Shown piece by piece: positions 14,801-30,424 of a stretch of DNA of 64,000 nt. The stretch is from positions 5,394,001 to 5,458,000 of the forward strand of contig NW_024704761.1 in the NCBI RefSeq assembly GCF_018977255.1, in the 5' to 3' direction. The stretch's first letter is position 1; every line of letters starts with the position of its first letter. The translations under genes were made by a program, and so were the position numbers. A model generated the notes under the pieces. That model had not been told where the DNA came from, did no database searches, and saw nothing but the letters and a program-made list of their open reading frames with translations. The DNA comes from Callorhinchus milii (lineage: Eukaryota).

Positions 14801-17800
14801 GAATTCTGAGATGAAATGTGTGGCCAGAAAAGACCAGCTTATTCGTTTTGCCAGAATTTTATATCAGGAACCTATTAACAAAGGATTAAAAGTCATTTGG
14901 GTTTTATATTTTAAAGCTTGTTTACTTAATAAGGCCAAAAGACATTTAAATTTGCATTAGTTTCAATAAAATTGGTTACAGTAGGTATGGTTACGCCAGT
15001 AAATATTTGCTGTTATGCTCAGATACTGGAATGTTACTGTAAATACAATATCAAAGTTCATAAGCAGTAGCTTGTTAGTCGATTGCTGGATCACTTTTCC
15101 GGGTGTAATAATTCCTTCAAAAAGGCTCAGACCAAACACACATGATGACCAAGTCTGACTGAACAAAGGATAGCTTAGCTCTACCTCTTTTGTCATTGTG
15201 CTTTTTTAACACCGAGATGCATGGTCTGTGCGGATTTGCACGTCCTCACCCCTTGATAGTTGTTTTCTGGCTGGTTTAAGACAAGCTGGGACCGTCCTTG
15301 TGTACATTACCCATGAGCCGATTTGGATTCAAACAATGCAGGACCTGTTACATCAACAACTGACAAGAGCGCCGCAACTGGAGTAAACACATTTCTTACT
15401 TCTGAACCAATTTAACTCTTCAAGGCACACGTACTGACATTTTCCCATCACACATACTGACATTTTATCTAAATATAAAATATATGTAACATCCCATAAC
15501 ATTTTAGCTAAAGTTGTACCATCTACCCTGTAATTTACTTAAGTCGCATTTATGTCTGAATTCTACTATTCAACTCGAATAGTCGACACTTAGTGTTTTG
15601 TAGTGTCTGCAAATCATTCCAATACAGACTAACCAGCAAAAGCATTTCTAATTGAACTACAACAATACACTTGAGCAATAACGTGTTAATGATTGCGACA
15701 TTTCCGCATTTCAGAAAAGAAGAGACAGCTGGTGCGTGAGTTAGAAAACATTACTGAGAGTCAACGCAACAAAATACTGCAGGAGATGCCACTATGTCTG
15801 TCAATGAAACTGGACCTCAGGTTGGTTACAGTGAATGGTACTGTGTCAAGTGATTTTCAAGTTTGCTGCGCTTCCAAGAGAAATATTCTCATTAAGAACA
15901 TAAGAAATGCTTGACAAAAAAAGACCGACGCCCATCCAATTCGCCTTCTACCTTCCTGGCGGTCACATGCGCATATTTCCCAAACTACCTATGTGCGATA
16001 CCCCATAATGTTATTTCCTAAAAGAAAACTATCTAATCTGTCTTTGATAGAATCAACACTTCAAATTAATGAGCACTTCGAACACTCCTAATTAGATTGA
16101 GTTGAATTGTAGAATTTCTTGGTCAGTCATAGCTAAAGGAATCTACTCACTCCACACCATCCAGAATTCTATAGCCCAAATTCTCTCTTACATAACGTTG
16201 TATGAGGCCGTCATTCTCATTCTCTCCCTATTCCCCAACGGATCGACTGTTAAGATTCTCATTCTTCGCTTGAAGTGTTCCTGTAGCCTCGCCCCACCCC
16301 CATTTCTACTGTCCTATCCCTGCCATCCCTTCTACATCACCAATGCAAGTTCCTCCATCCCACTGGGCACTTTCTCTCTCTGTGTGTGTTTGTGTGTGGG
16401 GGAGTCTACATTATTTTACCTAATTCTGTTCATATTCTTGCAGAAACCAAGTTACCTCCAAAGGTTGTTTTAAAGAACCACAAGAAAGGAGACGTCTGCA
16501 TTGTTGCAGTCACATTAAATATAGCCTCATGTTTGTAAGTAGCCGAATGCACGTTGATAGGAACACCATCAGCGCTGCCATGTCGTTACCTTCATATGCA
16601 TTTTAATTACAAACAAGTTCTGGATGTCAGTTTGGCTCAGCGGGTAGCAACCTTACCTATGCATCGGAAGATTTGTGGGTTCAAGCCCCATGTTAAGATT
16701 TGAGCTGACGCTCCATTGCAGTGCTGCATGTTCTAGGTGCCATCTTTGGGATAAGTTGCTAAAAACCAGTCTGCCTGTTCAGGAGGATATTAAAGATCCC
16801 GTAGCAGGAAATGAGAAGGAAGTTTCTCACAGTGTCTTGGCCAACAAGTCAAGTAATTGGCCATACGGCTGCTGCATATTCGAATCTGGACATGTTTGAA
16901 TTTACAGCTGTGGAGCAAGTTTCCTATATCATTTTACTTGTAAATTAAAGGCTTTTCCAACCACAGGGTCAGTGTGTTTGCATATTATAATCAATGCGGG
17001 TTGTATATGTTCGTTTAATAATATTAACAATACTATTGTTAAAGCGCTTCACAGAATATACTGTAAAGTGAATTGACTGTTTTTGTGGGTGAAACGCGGC
17101 AGCCAATTTTGCACAGCAGTGTCCCACAAACACTTGTGGATTGACAGCTTACAGTGAAATTGCAAGTAAATTGTTGTAAATCTTGATTTAAAAAGACGGT
17201 TTACCCTTCCAACCGTCGTCTAAACATTATTATTATGATTTTTATTATTATTAGGGTGCCCAACGGCGGTGGTATGGGTTCCTCTCCTTCCTGCATTCCC
17301 TTCAGTTGTGGCAGATGACCCAGAAACAGATCAGCGGTCGTTTTGGCATGGGCGTGCTCTCGTACTTCATTTTCCTCAAGATCCTGCTCATGTTCAACAT
17401 TTTCCTCTTTGCTTTGAACCTCCTCTTCATCGTTATCCCCCAAGCTACACAGCCTCCCGCGGTGACCCAAAGCAAGTTCACCGGACTCGAGCTGCTGACT
17501 GGGGCGGTGAGTGAAAAGACGTAATGATAATAATAATAATCCTTGCATTTGACAGAGCACCTTGTCACGTCTTCGAGACGTCTCAAATTATTTTTATTTA
17601 CTTCGAAGGAATTATTACCTCCGGAAAAGTGATCCGCCAATCCACCAATAACCGGATTACTACTTACTGCTAGTTGAACAGAGGCGTGTGGAGTAAGGAA
17701 ACTTGCCCAATGTTTCGTCCTGCCCGGGAATCGAACCCAGGTCCTCTCGCTTGCGAGGCGAGTGCTCTAACCACTAAGCTATAGGACTCCACAAAGGCCA

Positions 17801-20800
17801 TTGAGGTGGTCAACCGATCTCATGAGACAATGGATATGAATTGTGAATAGAAAGTTTACGTGCTCTTAACTGTTAATGCAAAACTCACAGTAAAATAAAT
17901 TCAAGTTAAAATAATGCAGTCAGGAACTTTTGAAATGTGTTACATTGAAATCTTTTCTTCTTATTTAGGGTAAATTCACAGAAACCATTCTATACTATGG
18001 GTACTACACAAATAGCTCCTTGAATTCAAATTGCACTACAAGTAGCTGTTTCAGTATCCCGTACAATATGCCTATTGCATATGTGTATACTCTGGGAGCT
18101 GCCTTTTTCATCACTTGCATCATCTTGGTGTACAGGTAAAAAAAGTACTTTATTGACCTGTATATTTCCTTTGTGAAGTTGAAATCCCCAGCAATGGAAT
18201 AAACTTCTCCTTTTGCAACGGTAATGGGAAATAACAACAATAATAGTAATCCTTGCATTTGATACAGCGCCTTATGTCTTCGAGACGTCTCAAAGCGCTT
18301 CACAGAATATACTGTAAAGAGAATTGACTGTACGTTTTGTGGGCGAAATCAACAAATAGATTGTTGCAATCCATTTACTAAGGTACAATAGGCATTTGAG
18401 ATCAACTTTAGTGAGTATGATATTGGGGCTTCTAAATACCAGGAGCTTTTCTGTCTTTGATTATATAATGTAATGGCCATTGAGACGTAATTGCAACTTT
18501 ACTCTCCCTTTTAGCGTATCCAAGGCTTTTGGGGAGAGCTTCCGAGTGGGCAGTACCTACAGGGATCTAGCAGTCAAATTATTCTGCTCATGGGATTTTA
18601 AGGTTACTCAGAAAAAGTCCATTGAGGTACAATATGAGAACATCAGCACCCAGTTGAAGGTGAGTTTTGTGGCCTAAATGTTCATGTACCGCATGATCTG
18701 TGATTCAAAGTGTTCTATCAACAATGGCTACAAATGTTCTTTTTTTTTCCCCCTATTACCAGGAGATCCTTTCTGATCTAAGGACCAATACCTCTCGCTT
18801 GAGTACTTGGGAGAAGCTGCGCAACATAGCCATTCACATGTTTGGGTGGCTCATATGCTTTGGCAGTGCTATTGGCTGTGCTATTGGCGTTTACTACTTC
18901 TCAGAACAAATACTGGAGGTGAGCCTCATGAATATACACAACACCGCAACTGTGGCTATACTTTGCATTTATATAGAGCCTTTCACGTAGAAATACTATC
19001 TCAGAATGCTAAGTATTCTCAAATAGAATGAATAATAATAATCCTTGCATTTGATAAAGCGCCTTATCACGTCGCCGAGACATCTCAAAGCGCTTCATAG
19101 AATATACCGTAAAGAGAATTGACTGTTTATTTTGTAGGTGAAACGCGGCAGCCAATTGCCCACAGCAGTGTCCCACAAACAGTCGTGGATTGAGTGACCA
19201 ATTTATTATTATTATTTTTTTCTCCCAGCACTGGATACACATATGCAGCTAATTATTTCCATTGTGACCTTAGAGCCAGATAAAACTTAAGAGTAGATCT
19301 CAGTAGGGTTTCCATCTGCGCAGTTTAAACCAGAAAGTCCAGATGTTGAACTAGCTGCCTGGCAAACTCTAAAATGAAAACCACACACTACATATGTATG
19401 TAGTACATCTATGTTAGCACTTATTTCCCACTCACAGACCCATTAAAGAAACAGCTTGATAATGTAAGAACATAAGGAATGCTAGATGAAGAAACGGTCC
19501 ACCTAGTTCACTTTCCACCTTCCCGGTGGTCGCATGCACATATGTCCCGAACTACCTACATACTATATCCAATAATGTTACTTCCTGAAAGAAAACGATC
19601 TAATCATCTGTGTTTAATGTAACGGCTGGATGGTAAGAGTGGTATTTTGGAAAGGGGAGATTTAACGGGCCGATGGCTGTCTTGATCTGGACCCATCTTG
19701 TAGTAAAAGGCGGTTCCATTGGATAACAAGAAGTAATAATAATAATTATTATTATGACAAGAAGTGCTACTGGGTTAAGCGGGGAGATCGAAATCCATTC
19801 TTACACCCAAGGCTCTCTTCCCCCACCTTATGGCCAGCTCAAAAACAGCACGGCAAAGGCTTGGGAGCACACATATATATATATATATATATACATATCC
19901 ACATTGTCGCAACTCTTTCAGATGCAGAAACATAAAAATGATGAGAAATAATGGATGGGAATATATTTGAAGACTACCGTAATCAAAAGGGTTCAGATGC
20001 TACTAAAAGCCTGAAACTTGAGTAGTCTATAAAGATTGTGTTGCAGCCTAGAATCCAGCCCCAAATTCTCATACAATATATCTTCACTGTTTACAGTTTC
20101 AACGTAATAAGGTTTAGATTTTCACACTGTGAATGATATCTCAGTAGCTCTGCTAGTTTTCTGTAACGCTGTGCTGTAAGTCTGGTCAGATGGATTTGCA
20201 TGGTTCAGTATAACCATCAACATTTTTTGCTCTAATGAGCCATCTGTCAGCTTTGTTCAATGGTGAACTGTTGAAGGCACAAAAGCACCATTTCTGAAAC
20301 TTGCAATGCGGGTAATGAAAAATACTCTTTAAAACTGCACTAACTGATTCAGGACATCTTGTGATCTTTGCCAAAAGCATTTAAGCATTCACTCTTGCAA
20401 ATGCAACATTATAATTCAATAAACCGCAGGGAATTTTATGGTGGAGATAAACGTGCCTTTTATTCAGATAATTGTGCCTTGAATTACAGTTTTAAGCATT
20501 GTCCATTATGCCATGAGGCTGCAATAGCTGCCAAAGCATATGCTGCAGATTAAATAACACACTCACAGAGTTAAGAGTGCATCATAAGCCTCAAGAGAAA
20601 AACTCAAGTGGTTGTAAAGTCAAGAGTCCATTGACTCTCAGCCCGACCTGAGTTATCAATTATTTCTAATGTGAAATAGCTGAGAACTTGCAAATTCGTA
20701 ACACAAATTACTGTGATTCACTTATTCTTGGTTGAATGTCAAATGCACTGGCCTCTACGATGACAATGCAGCATTTGTAATGTAAGATCACGTGACTACG

Positions 20801-23800
20801 AAAGTAGATTTTAGCGTTGGTGTCTTGTGACAGACACTTAATTACTTTCTTAAACGATGCCACGTGTGAACTGAGTGATGTGTTTTATATTTCAAGGACT
20901 ATACCGACAAAATCCGAGAGGGAAAGTCAAAGCAAGAGTTGGACAGCAGTTTGTTGGCACTTCCCATTGTAGTGTCCTTTATCAATCTTGTGCTGCCTTA
21001 CTTTTATAACTTGATTGGTTCAGTGGAAAAGTATGAGCTCCCTCAACTCCAAGTCTATGTCGCTATCACCAGGTAAGAAAATGTCTATTTCATCTAACCA
21101 TAGGTGTACATTCAACCCTATCGAAACATAAGAAAGAACTTGCGTTTCTGCAACACCTTAACAACAACAATAACAACAATTTGCACTTATAGAGTGTCCT
21201 CCATACAGGGTAGCGTCTCAGAGCACTTAACAGTGGCGCAGCCTGACTCTGAGTTGGGTGGGGTGGGGGAGATGGCCGTCAGCACAGTTGAAGAGGAAGA
21301 TTTTCAGGTGGGACTTGAAAAAGGGGAAGCGGGAGTAAGGTGGAGAGATTGAGAGGGAGTGTTCCAGAGTTTCGTGGCGGAAAGCGCGACCTCCGATGGT
21401 GGGGCACAGGGTGCGAGGGACGAGCAGGAGGCCGGCGTAATACACGAGAACATCTCAAAGTGCTTCACAGGAAATTGCTGTGACTTGTTTTGTCGGTAAA
21501 CACGGCAATCATTTGGACCAGCAAGGTGAATGACCAATTAATCTGCAGTAAATTCACCCCAAATGAGTTTGCGACATAAACAGCCAGTGGAAAGGCCTTG
21601 GTTTTAATGCATCCACAGTACCATTCAAATTTTAATACAGTACAGTTCATATTTCCTTTTCTAATGTTTCTTTATAAAGGAATCTGGTGTTGAAGATGTC
21701 CAGTTTAGGACTGCTGTGTTATCACTGGTTGGGAGGAAATACCAGAAAGCAAGCAGAAATACCAGTAAGTACCACACAAAATAGGCGCAGAAGAAAACTA
21801 GTATTAAAGATTCCTTGAATGTTTCTCGCCTTGACAATGATATTAATCAATGGTAAAAATCACAACGGATCTTCCAAAAAGTTCCCTTTGGATGACCTGT
21901 GCTACAGATAACTATATTTAGAATATGAAACCCATTGGAAACAATACAATACAAAATTATATTTGTATAGCGCCTTTCACGTAGGGAGGATATCCCCAAA
22001 CTGCCTGACATTGCACAATGACCCATGAAATTACGTGTTTTTTTAAATAAAACTTTGCATTGCTAATTTTATTTGCAATACTTGAAGTTATTAAGAGAAG
22101 ATAATGCAGAAAGAAAGGTCATAGTACATATGCCTTCAGTTTACTGCTACATCCAGCGCTCAGTAACATTTTGGCCACGTCTTCCATCTTAACTGTTGTG
22201 TCAACAGAATATCTATTAATTTTTTAACATAAATGCTTTGTTTACAATGTCTTGGTTGAGATTATCGAGGACATTATAGAGGATTAAAAGATTGGTTATT
22301 TTGTAGTGTCAACCAAATGTTAACTCCTGCTTTTGTTTTCTTCTTGTGTCAGTGTTGGGAAACGTTTGTTGGGCAAGAATTATACCGCTTGGTTGTGGTG
22401 GATTTTATATTTATTGTGCTGGACACAATTTTTGGAGAATTCGTGTGGAGGTAAGCTTTGCTTCGAAGCTTTTTACTTGTGCAATACTTTAATATCCGTT
22501 GATATTCACAAACACAGTGTCAACACAATGTGCAGATCATGAGTTTTATTAACCATTTGTTATTGGAAACCTAGTGGCAGTAACAACACTGGAAGACGCC
22601 AAGACTAGTCTGAGTTGTCGGGTCCAAAACCCCCTCCCTGTCCAGTGCCCTTTCACTCTTTCCGATGTGAAGGGGGCTATGCAAGTGTAATTTGTTGTTG
22701 TTGTCTTTGTTTGATTGCATCTGCTGTACACTTCAGCACACCATGTGGACAACAATACAATACTATATTTGTATAGCGCCTTTCACGTCAGGAAGACATC
22801 CTAAGGCGCTATATAGAATAGACATGGACCAGCCTTGCACTTCACAGTGACTAGTGTCGAGTATTTGAAAGCAAAGCAGTGACACTAATACATTTGCTAA
22901 GATCAAAGGCAAACTAAAATAAAATGTAATTTCTATTTTCTTCAGTTGCCCTCTTTTCTCCCCTCGCCCAGGTTAATTTCTATGAAATTACACAAAAAGA
23001 AGCCAGAGTTTGACATTGCCAGAAATGTCCTGGAGTTGATCTACGGACAGACTCTCATATGGTAATCATTTGTTCTGTGTTGGATTAATGTCAATAATAA
23101 TAATCCTTGCATTTGATGTAGCACCTTATCACATCTTCGAAACATCTCAAAGTTCGCTTCACAGAATAGACTGAAGTGAATTGATTGTATATTTTGTGGG
23201 CAAAATGCGGCAGCCAATTGTGCACAGCAGTGTCCCACAAACAGTCGTGGATTGAGTGTCCAAATTATTATTATTATAGTATTGTAATAGTAAATAAGCC
23301 CTGCATTTGTAACTAAAGAGGTGTATTCCCAATGGCGTTAAACCTTGCTATCACTGGGTTAATTATTATCAAAGTTATCACTTTAAATTTAAACATTACA
23401 GATTCTGGTTGTTAGTTATATTGCACCTTTGTGAATAACTTGCTTTGTTCATTTTACAGGTTGGGTCTTCTCTATTCTCCACTCTTGCCTGCTATTCAAA
23501 TCATTAAGTTTCTCTTTGTATTTTACATCAAAAAAGTAAGTTTCTGATTTACTTTTACCATTTTTAAAATAACATTCGTTTTATTTTTATTCGGATGAGA
23601 AGGATTATGGATGGTGCCTCTTATCCAAATGATTTAGTGCGCTTCTATTTCAAACTAATTGCTTCTTTTTCAGCATAGTCTGATGAGGAACTGCGAGGCT
23701 CCAAGCAAACGTTGGGGAGCATCTCACATGATGACTGTCTTTATCACTCTGCTGTGTTTCCCTTCATTCCTCGGAGCAGTTGTTGCTTACACCTATACCA

Positions 23801-25677
23801 TATGGTCGTAAGTATAGCGATGATTCGATTTGAGGCCCAAATTGCATGACAGTGAATATTGAACAACACTGAAGAGAATATATGGGTCATAAGCGATTGC
23901 ATATGCTGTTGCTACAACAGCAACAACTTGCATTTAAATAGCACCCCTCACCCTGGGTAGCATCCCAGAGCACTTTGCCAGAAGTTTTAGCAGCTGCAGT
24001 TCCTCCATTGAAGATTGTTTCCTTCTCGGTGAGTTATTGAACTCTAAATGGTTAAAGGGAAGGAAGCGTCTGAGGCTAAGTCCTATTGATCTGGTGTTCT
24101 TCTAGGTTCAGGTTGCAGTGCAGAGGCTAATTGTGAGGTTGTTGTGCTCACTCTCTCCACTTGCAGGTACGGGTGTGGTTTTGCATCATTCATATCCGCA
24201 CCCGCAAAATGAATAGAATTAAATCATTTTTTTGGTGGGAGGAGGAGGAGAGGCAATGGTACAATTTATGCAGAAGGCTTATCAGATTTCTTTTATGTAC
24301 TCTAGTTTTCAACACATACAGTGTTCATATGACGCACAACATATTTTGATGAGCGCTGTTGTGCACGTTACAGAAACACATTAATAAACTCTACTTAAAG
24401 TCCTCCTGGTTGCCTAAAGACTCGCTTTGCTTGCATGAAACAACTATGAATTTCACAATAGCAAAGGTTGTTTGGTTTTTGATATTCTTTCATTCTTAGG
24501 ATAAATTCTTTCTTTCTCAGGATAAAACCATCCAACGCGTGTGGTCCTTTCCGATCACTGAATACCATCTATGAGTCTGCAAAGAACTGGGTCAATCAAT
24601 TGGCGAAAACAGATTCTAGGTTATACTGGTTTTCATACATTCACAGATCATTGGTGGATAATCCTTTCATCTTCCTGGTTGGGTCAGCAATTTTAATGTG
24701 AGTTTATTATGATTCTTATTGTGGCAACATCTTATATGTTTTCTTTAATTTCTCCCAAATTGCTCAAAGTTCATCAGGCAATTATAATGTTTTCCATTTT
24801 CTCTTCTAGGATAGTGATTTATTTCCACTGGCAAGTTGTGGACGGTCAAAGAAAGATTATCAAACTATTGTATGAGCAAATAGCTAACGTGAGTGGCTGA
24901 ACCTTTCACAATCAGAAACATATAAAACTTATTTTATTATTTTATTACCCGCAAGAACTGTTTTCACTGTATATTGGCACTTGACTTGCAATAGAATCAC
25001 AATAGAGCATTAGTATTATTGTGGTTTATTAAGGTTTAAGCTTTCTTTCAGTTAAAATTCAATTGTGGATGACAGAATCTGGAAGCAGAGGCTTAATTGA
25101 ACTTACAATGTGCAGCTCCATTTCCACTGCTCTTGCTGTATAATGTGAATATTCCCTTGTCACACAGGAGGGAGAAGACAAAAAGTTTCTTATTAATAAA
25201 CTCAAAGGCATGAACAGTAAGAAATCAAAATCTGCAAAACAGAGGCAGGATCATCAAGAAGAAGATGAGGTAACGATTAGTTTTCTTCATATATTTTAGA
25301 GGTTATAGCTTTTGTAATGTTAATTTGTCAGGTGTTATGTGTTTGCATTTGATATGTATGTGTACACATGCACAACGGTTGCTCATTGCTACATCTATTG
25401 AGCCTTATTTTATCCATTGCTGGGAGACAATTGAGCATGTGTTGCACTATTAGACCATTCAGGCATAGCTTTCAAGAGATCCATTTGGTTTGCGGGGCTA
25501 AGAAAATAATTTTTCCATCTCTGGTGTGAACTGGTGGTTTACAAGTTCACAACATAGAATTTGCCATAATTAAGCACAAATCGGTACTAAGTTTGTCAGA
25601 CCTGTTGAGTTACCAGAGCATTATTTTTAATCTGATTTGATCTGGTCACCTGTTTCATTCACCAGGTTTTCAGCTGA
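11897..25677 (+). CDS. TMC6: Transmembrane channel-like protein 6 (EVER1), 20 coding exons, about 797 aa
   Basis: Phase-consistent exons: 11897-11940, 12467-12597, 13645-13761, 14186-14341 (GC donor), 15715-15820, 16444-16534, 17255-17506, 17969-18135, 18515-18659, 18763-18918, 20897-21072, 21680-21764, 22353-22450, 22972-23061, 23460-23535, 23674-23807, 24521-24697, 24810-24888, 25168-25269, 25666-25677 (an alternative last acceptor gives 25674-25757). Peptides match TMC6 as I recall it: [68 protein letters not shown], and the TMC signature [12 protein letters not shown] and [19 protein letters not shown]. Confidence 0.93.
17520..17790 (-). mobile_element. tRNA-derived SINE (TMC6 intron)
   Basis: Reverse-complement head (gagtgctctaaccactaagcta) and tail ((taa)n tccttgcatttg). 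Confidence 0.75.
21165..21440 (-). mobile_element. L2 LINE 3' fragment
   Basis: Minus-strand [16 protein letters not shown], with a (CAA)n tail on +. Confidence 0.7.
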
Positions 25678-28600
25678 AGAACAAGATGGGAAAGAGCAAC
25701 AAGTGCACATCTGCCGAACAAACATCTGCTAAGTCGCTGTCACTGCTTATTGAATGAGATAACGCAGAATGCTATGAGCTCTTTCAGGTTCACGTTGGCA
25801 AATAAATCAAGTCATTTAACAGAAACTGGAATACGAATACAAAGCTGGTTGCGTTGTTATTTGCAGACCTTTGACTGTGCAATGTTGGGAATGAATCCTG
25901 CCATTGTTCCAGTGTGGTTTATCAAACATTCAGGGTTTTTAATCTTCTCTGCAAAATTGGCTTTGTGAGAAGGGTGGTTCGCAATATTGCCTGCCAAGTT
26001 TCATGGAAATATTACAATTAGTATTTGCATAGCTATTGCCAACTTCTTATTTTCAATTCACAGATGTCTAGTTCATGGAGAATATTGTGTAACACTCGTT
26101 GAGTTAAGAGTCAGAGTCAGCTCCCATGAGATTTACTGGAAGTAGATTAATGTGTCACTGGCTTTTGTCATCAAATCTATTGCCTGTTGCTAAAAGCAGC
26201 ATTACACATTTTGCTAGCAGAGAGACTGTAGCAATTTCACATGGGAATAATGAGCAAAGAAATATAAGAACATAAGAAATGCTAGACGAAAATAGACCAA
26301 GGTCCATCTAGTTCACCTTCCACCTTCCTGGTCGTCTCATGCACATACGTCCCAAACTACCTATGCGCTATATCTCATAATGGCAAATATCTAACTCAAT
26401 GTTGTGAACCCCCCCCTCCCACAAAGTCAATATTAGTAACCCCATACTGATGTACACAGGTCATATAAAGTAATTCAACTTAACATTCATGTTTATCCCC
26501 TTCAGTTTCAGAACCAGTAGACAGACAGAGACATAACTGGCAAATCGTTTACTGTGTGTGTGTATAGATATATATATATAGAGAGAGCACAACTGTGAAT
26601 TTCATTGTCTTTTATTCAAGTCTCGGGATGGGGGTGGGGGAGTGGGAAATGTTTCTTGAACTTCTCAATTTAAGTGTATATTTTGTTTTTTAAAAGCCAA
26701 ATTTCCCAATCTGTTTAGTTTGGTAACATAGGTTGATCATGACCAGCTTAACAGCAGTTACTTACTTATCCATACACTGATGTACTGAACTGTCATATTA
26801 ATATGAATCATTAACCAGATGGCCTGAAATGTACTTTGTACAGCAGCATTCTTCAGAATAGGTTGGGTGTCACAATATATTTTACCTTTGTACACTTAAA
26901 TTATACCACAATGCATTATATTTCAGAAAGGCAATTACTCTGAAGAGGACAACAACATTTAAAATATCACAACTGTAATATTATTTTATAAAGTATTTAG
27001 AAGCGTGTTTAGAGTAGACCATTCGTTGATCTACCTGTAAATGGCAGGTGAAAGGTGAAAGAGGTTGAAACCCGCAGACCCTATATATACTCATGGATAA
27101 AGAGAATAAATGTCAGTCCATTATCTTCCTATCAAAACTAGTATTCAACTATTTGCATGTGGCCTGTGTATTTTGATCCATAAATGGGAAGGGCAGTTTT
27201 TTCAGATTCAACACTACCTTTGTATAGTTTTTGCATGTTCTGGGTTCAAAGGATGCAAATGTCTTAAAACAACTTAAAACAACTATTCCCTTTGTTTTTC
27301 TATGTGATGATGGGGAATGGTTCTGGAACATGAAAACCTGCTGTCTATAATTTGAATGGAATGTAAATGTATATTTTCTGTTTATTTATTTCCGTGAAGG
27401 GTAAAGTGAAAGAAGCCTTTGCTTTTGGCATAGTTTCTGTTTCAGAGTCATAAACAGAAATGAGGCTGTCCAACCTGAACTATTGTATGTTTTGGCAAAT
27501 GACATGGTAAGCAGTTTAAATTTATCAATTGTTATTGAGCAGGATAGTGCACCACTGAGTTTAATTAACAGGGTACATGTTCTGTAATATTAAAATACTC
27601 TGAAGCAAGGAAATATTCGCCAGGATTGTCTATTAAGTGCATCTGTTTTTTAATCATTTCAAATAAGATGCCGTAATTCCTTTGTTTGCAATAACCTTTC
27701 TCAGCTCTTTGCAATAACGTTGCTCACGGCTGTTTGTGGAACGTTGCAGTATGCAAATTGCCTGCTGCATTTGCCTCCAAATTCACAGTCACTGCACTTC
27801 ACAGTATATCCTGAAAGGCGCTATATCAAATGCAAGCGTTATTTATCATTGGTTATTGGATGATGTGTTGGATTTGTATGCCAAATGTAACTTTGATTGA
27901 TTGTTGATTCAATAGTTTGCTAGAGTGTGGCGAAGGAGAAATAACAATATTGGAAGAGTTAAAATTCTATCTTTGTAGATTTTGTACATTGATGTAGAAA
28001 GACTGTGATAGATGGATATCCAAACTTGAAACCAGAAAAAGTTAAGTAAAATAGGTATTACCACTAAATTGAAATATGTCCCTTGATAAGACAGGAGTCT
28101 GATTGCAAATTCAAACTTTTCTAACTGGATTTAGTTTGTTGAAATGACAGGAATCTTGAGAGGAGCAATTTAGCCCTTTACTCATTGGTACTCTCTGTCT
28201 ACATGTCTTTGCACATATTTGCATGCAATTTTGCATTAAATAAAGTGTAATCCGTGCATAATATTGATAATAGGCACCAAGGAGATTATACCGGGACATG
28301 CAACTGATTTTCTTCGAAAATACTTTGAATTGTTTTACTCTATGTTCAGTGACTCTTAACTATGTATCCAGACAGAATTGAATAATAACTTGCTATCTGT
28401 ACATTAAAATGGATTTAAATCTGCTGTTATAGAAACTTTAAAATGTAGCAATCTTCTGGTTTATATAATCAATGAGAATGAGTACATTTGTTTAAGTACA
28501 GTACAATAAAATATTTTTTAATGAAGCCTTGTTCAGGAAGTGAGTTATTAGTATTGATTTATTATATAATACTATAACACGTGGAAACCCATCACCATGC

Positions 28601-29881
28601 TTAAGCTCAGGATTCCAAGTATTAGGCACAGGACGGCAAGAGTCAAGGCTTGGGGACCCCAGAGTGTGGGTTGGGGGTACTCCTGGAGGCTAACCAGCAA
28701 AAACTCCCTCCCTCTTCTCACAAATGCTTCACCAGAATTGCTTGTGCATATGGTAGAAAGGCAGAGAATGACACAGGCAGAGTTGTCATACCAGGAAACC
28801 CCTGAAAGCGAGAGAGAGAAAAAACACACCTCAGTAACCATTTGTGCTGTTTTTTTTTTGCTGTTTATTGAATAAACACTAATTTCATTTGTTTTATACT
28901 GGGAGTTGTTTGACTTTTCTTTGATCATCTGAAAACAAAAATCAGAAGCCCTAATGATAAGCAATGTTTTCTGGAATGCAGAGATGTTAACATTGCAGAA
29001 ATGCCAGTAGTGTGTCTCTGATTGCCAGAAGGGACAGTATTTTGGAAACCAAATGAACTTTTAAATAAAACATTCAGAAGGTAGCAGCGTGCACACCAAT
29101 TGGGAAGTGAGTATGCGAAATTCAATCACCGAGATAATTGAGCTTTATAGAAGAAGACCTGACTAGAAGAAAAATGGAGAAACTAACCTCGCTTGATTAC
29201 CACTGTATAAAAATATGAATTTTTAAGGGTGGCATGATTCAAAACTGATTACAAAATAAACCCAGTGATATGTTGCTTCCTTCTCTAAGGTTGTTTTCTA
29301 CCTGAGTACTAAGCACACCAAACCATTGGAGTTTGCCTGTGCAGCAGTTCATAGCCAATTTTATGCACAACAATATCCAACAAATAACCAGGGAGTGGCT
29401 GTTAGAGTGTCTGGTATCTTTAATAATAGATTACATATTCAAAATTCATATCAACTCTGAACTCGTGACATGTAAGCAAGTTCTGCCCTTCTCTTCGCCT
29501 GTGGAATCCTGTGTAGTCTCCTGGAGAAACTACGCCTGTTGACTTTTTTTTTATAAAACACAAATGAAAAGCAATGGCATTGTACTGCCTGTTCAGGTGG
29601 ACATTAAAGAGCCCATAACACTATTCAAAAAGAGAAGGGAGTTCTCCTGTCACTCAGTTAATCTCTGTCCCTAATAATAATAATGATAATCCTTGCATTT
29701 GATATAGCGCCTTATCACGTCGTTGAGACATCTCAAAGCGCTTTACAGGATATACTATAAAGTGGATTGACTGAGTATATTGGGAAAAACGCAGCAGCCA
29801 ATGATCTCTGAAATTCCCTCTCTTATGCCCCTCCTCACCCAAGTCGAGTCATTCATTTCTCTTTTTGAGTTTTTTTTATAA

Positions 29882-30295
29882 AACATAAGAAATGCTATAC
29901 GAAAAAAAGACCAAGGTCCATCTAGTTCATCTTCCACCTTCCTGGCAGTCGCATGCCCCTATATCCTGAACTATCTATACACTATACACTCCATAATGTT
30001 ATTTCCTAAAAAAAAACTACCTAATCTGTGTTTGAAGGAATCAACATTTCCTGCTTCAACCTTCTCCCTAGGGAGCCTATTCCACAGGTTTACTATTCGC
30101 TCACTGAAATAGTACTTCTGTAGATTTGTTCTGTAGATAAGCCCCTTCAATTGCAGGCCGTGTCCCCTGGCTTTACTATTCTGGACCAGTTGAAACAGCC
30201 TGTCCTGATCTACATTGTCTCACCCCTTTAGAATCTTAAACACAGCAATCATATCACCCCTCAATCTTCTCTTTTCCAGCTTTATGCTGTTCTTT
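29882..30295 (-). mobile_element. CR1 LINE 3' fragment
   Basis: Minus-strand KLEKRRLRGDMIAVFKILKG, typical of the CR1 ORF2 C-terminus. The same 3' end (aacataagaaatgctag..aagaccaaggtccatctagttc) recurs at about 15895, 19465 and 26265. Confidence 0.8.
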
Positions 30296-30363
30296 TCATA
30301 TTCAAATGAGGTCGATTCATTATTGCTCAACAGGTTTGATGTCACGTAACATAATGCTGTGGT

Positions 30364-30424
30364 TGTTTCGTTTTCCCGACCGAATCTGATTGTGAAAGTT
30401 GTCCTGTACAAGTCCAATGTGAGT
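30364..30424 (+). promoter_or_regulatory. ISRE/IRF-like element at the presumptive first exon of deaminase-like gene A
   Basis: TGTTTCGTTTTCCC at 30364-30377 (same GTTTCGTTTTC core as at 46822-46832), followed by donor aatGTGAGT at 30419. Confidence 0.4.
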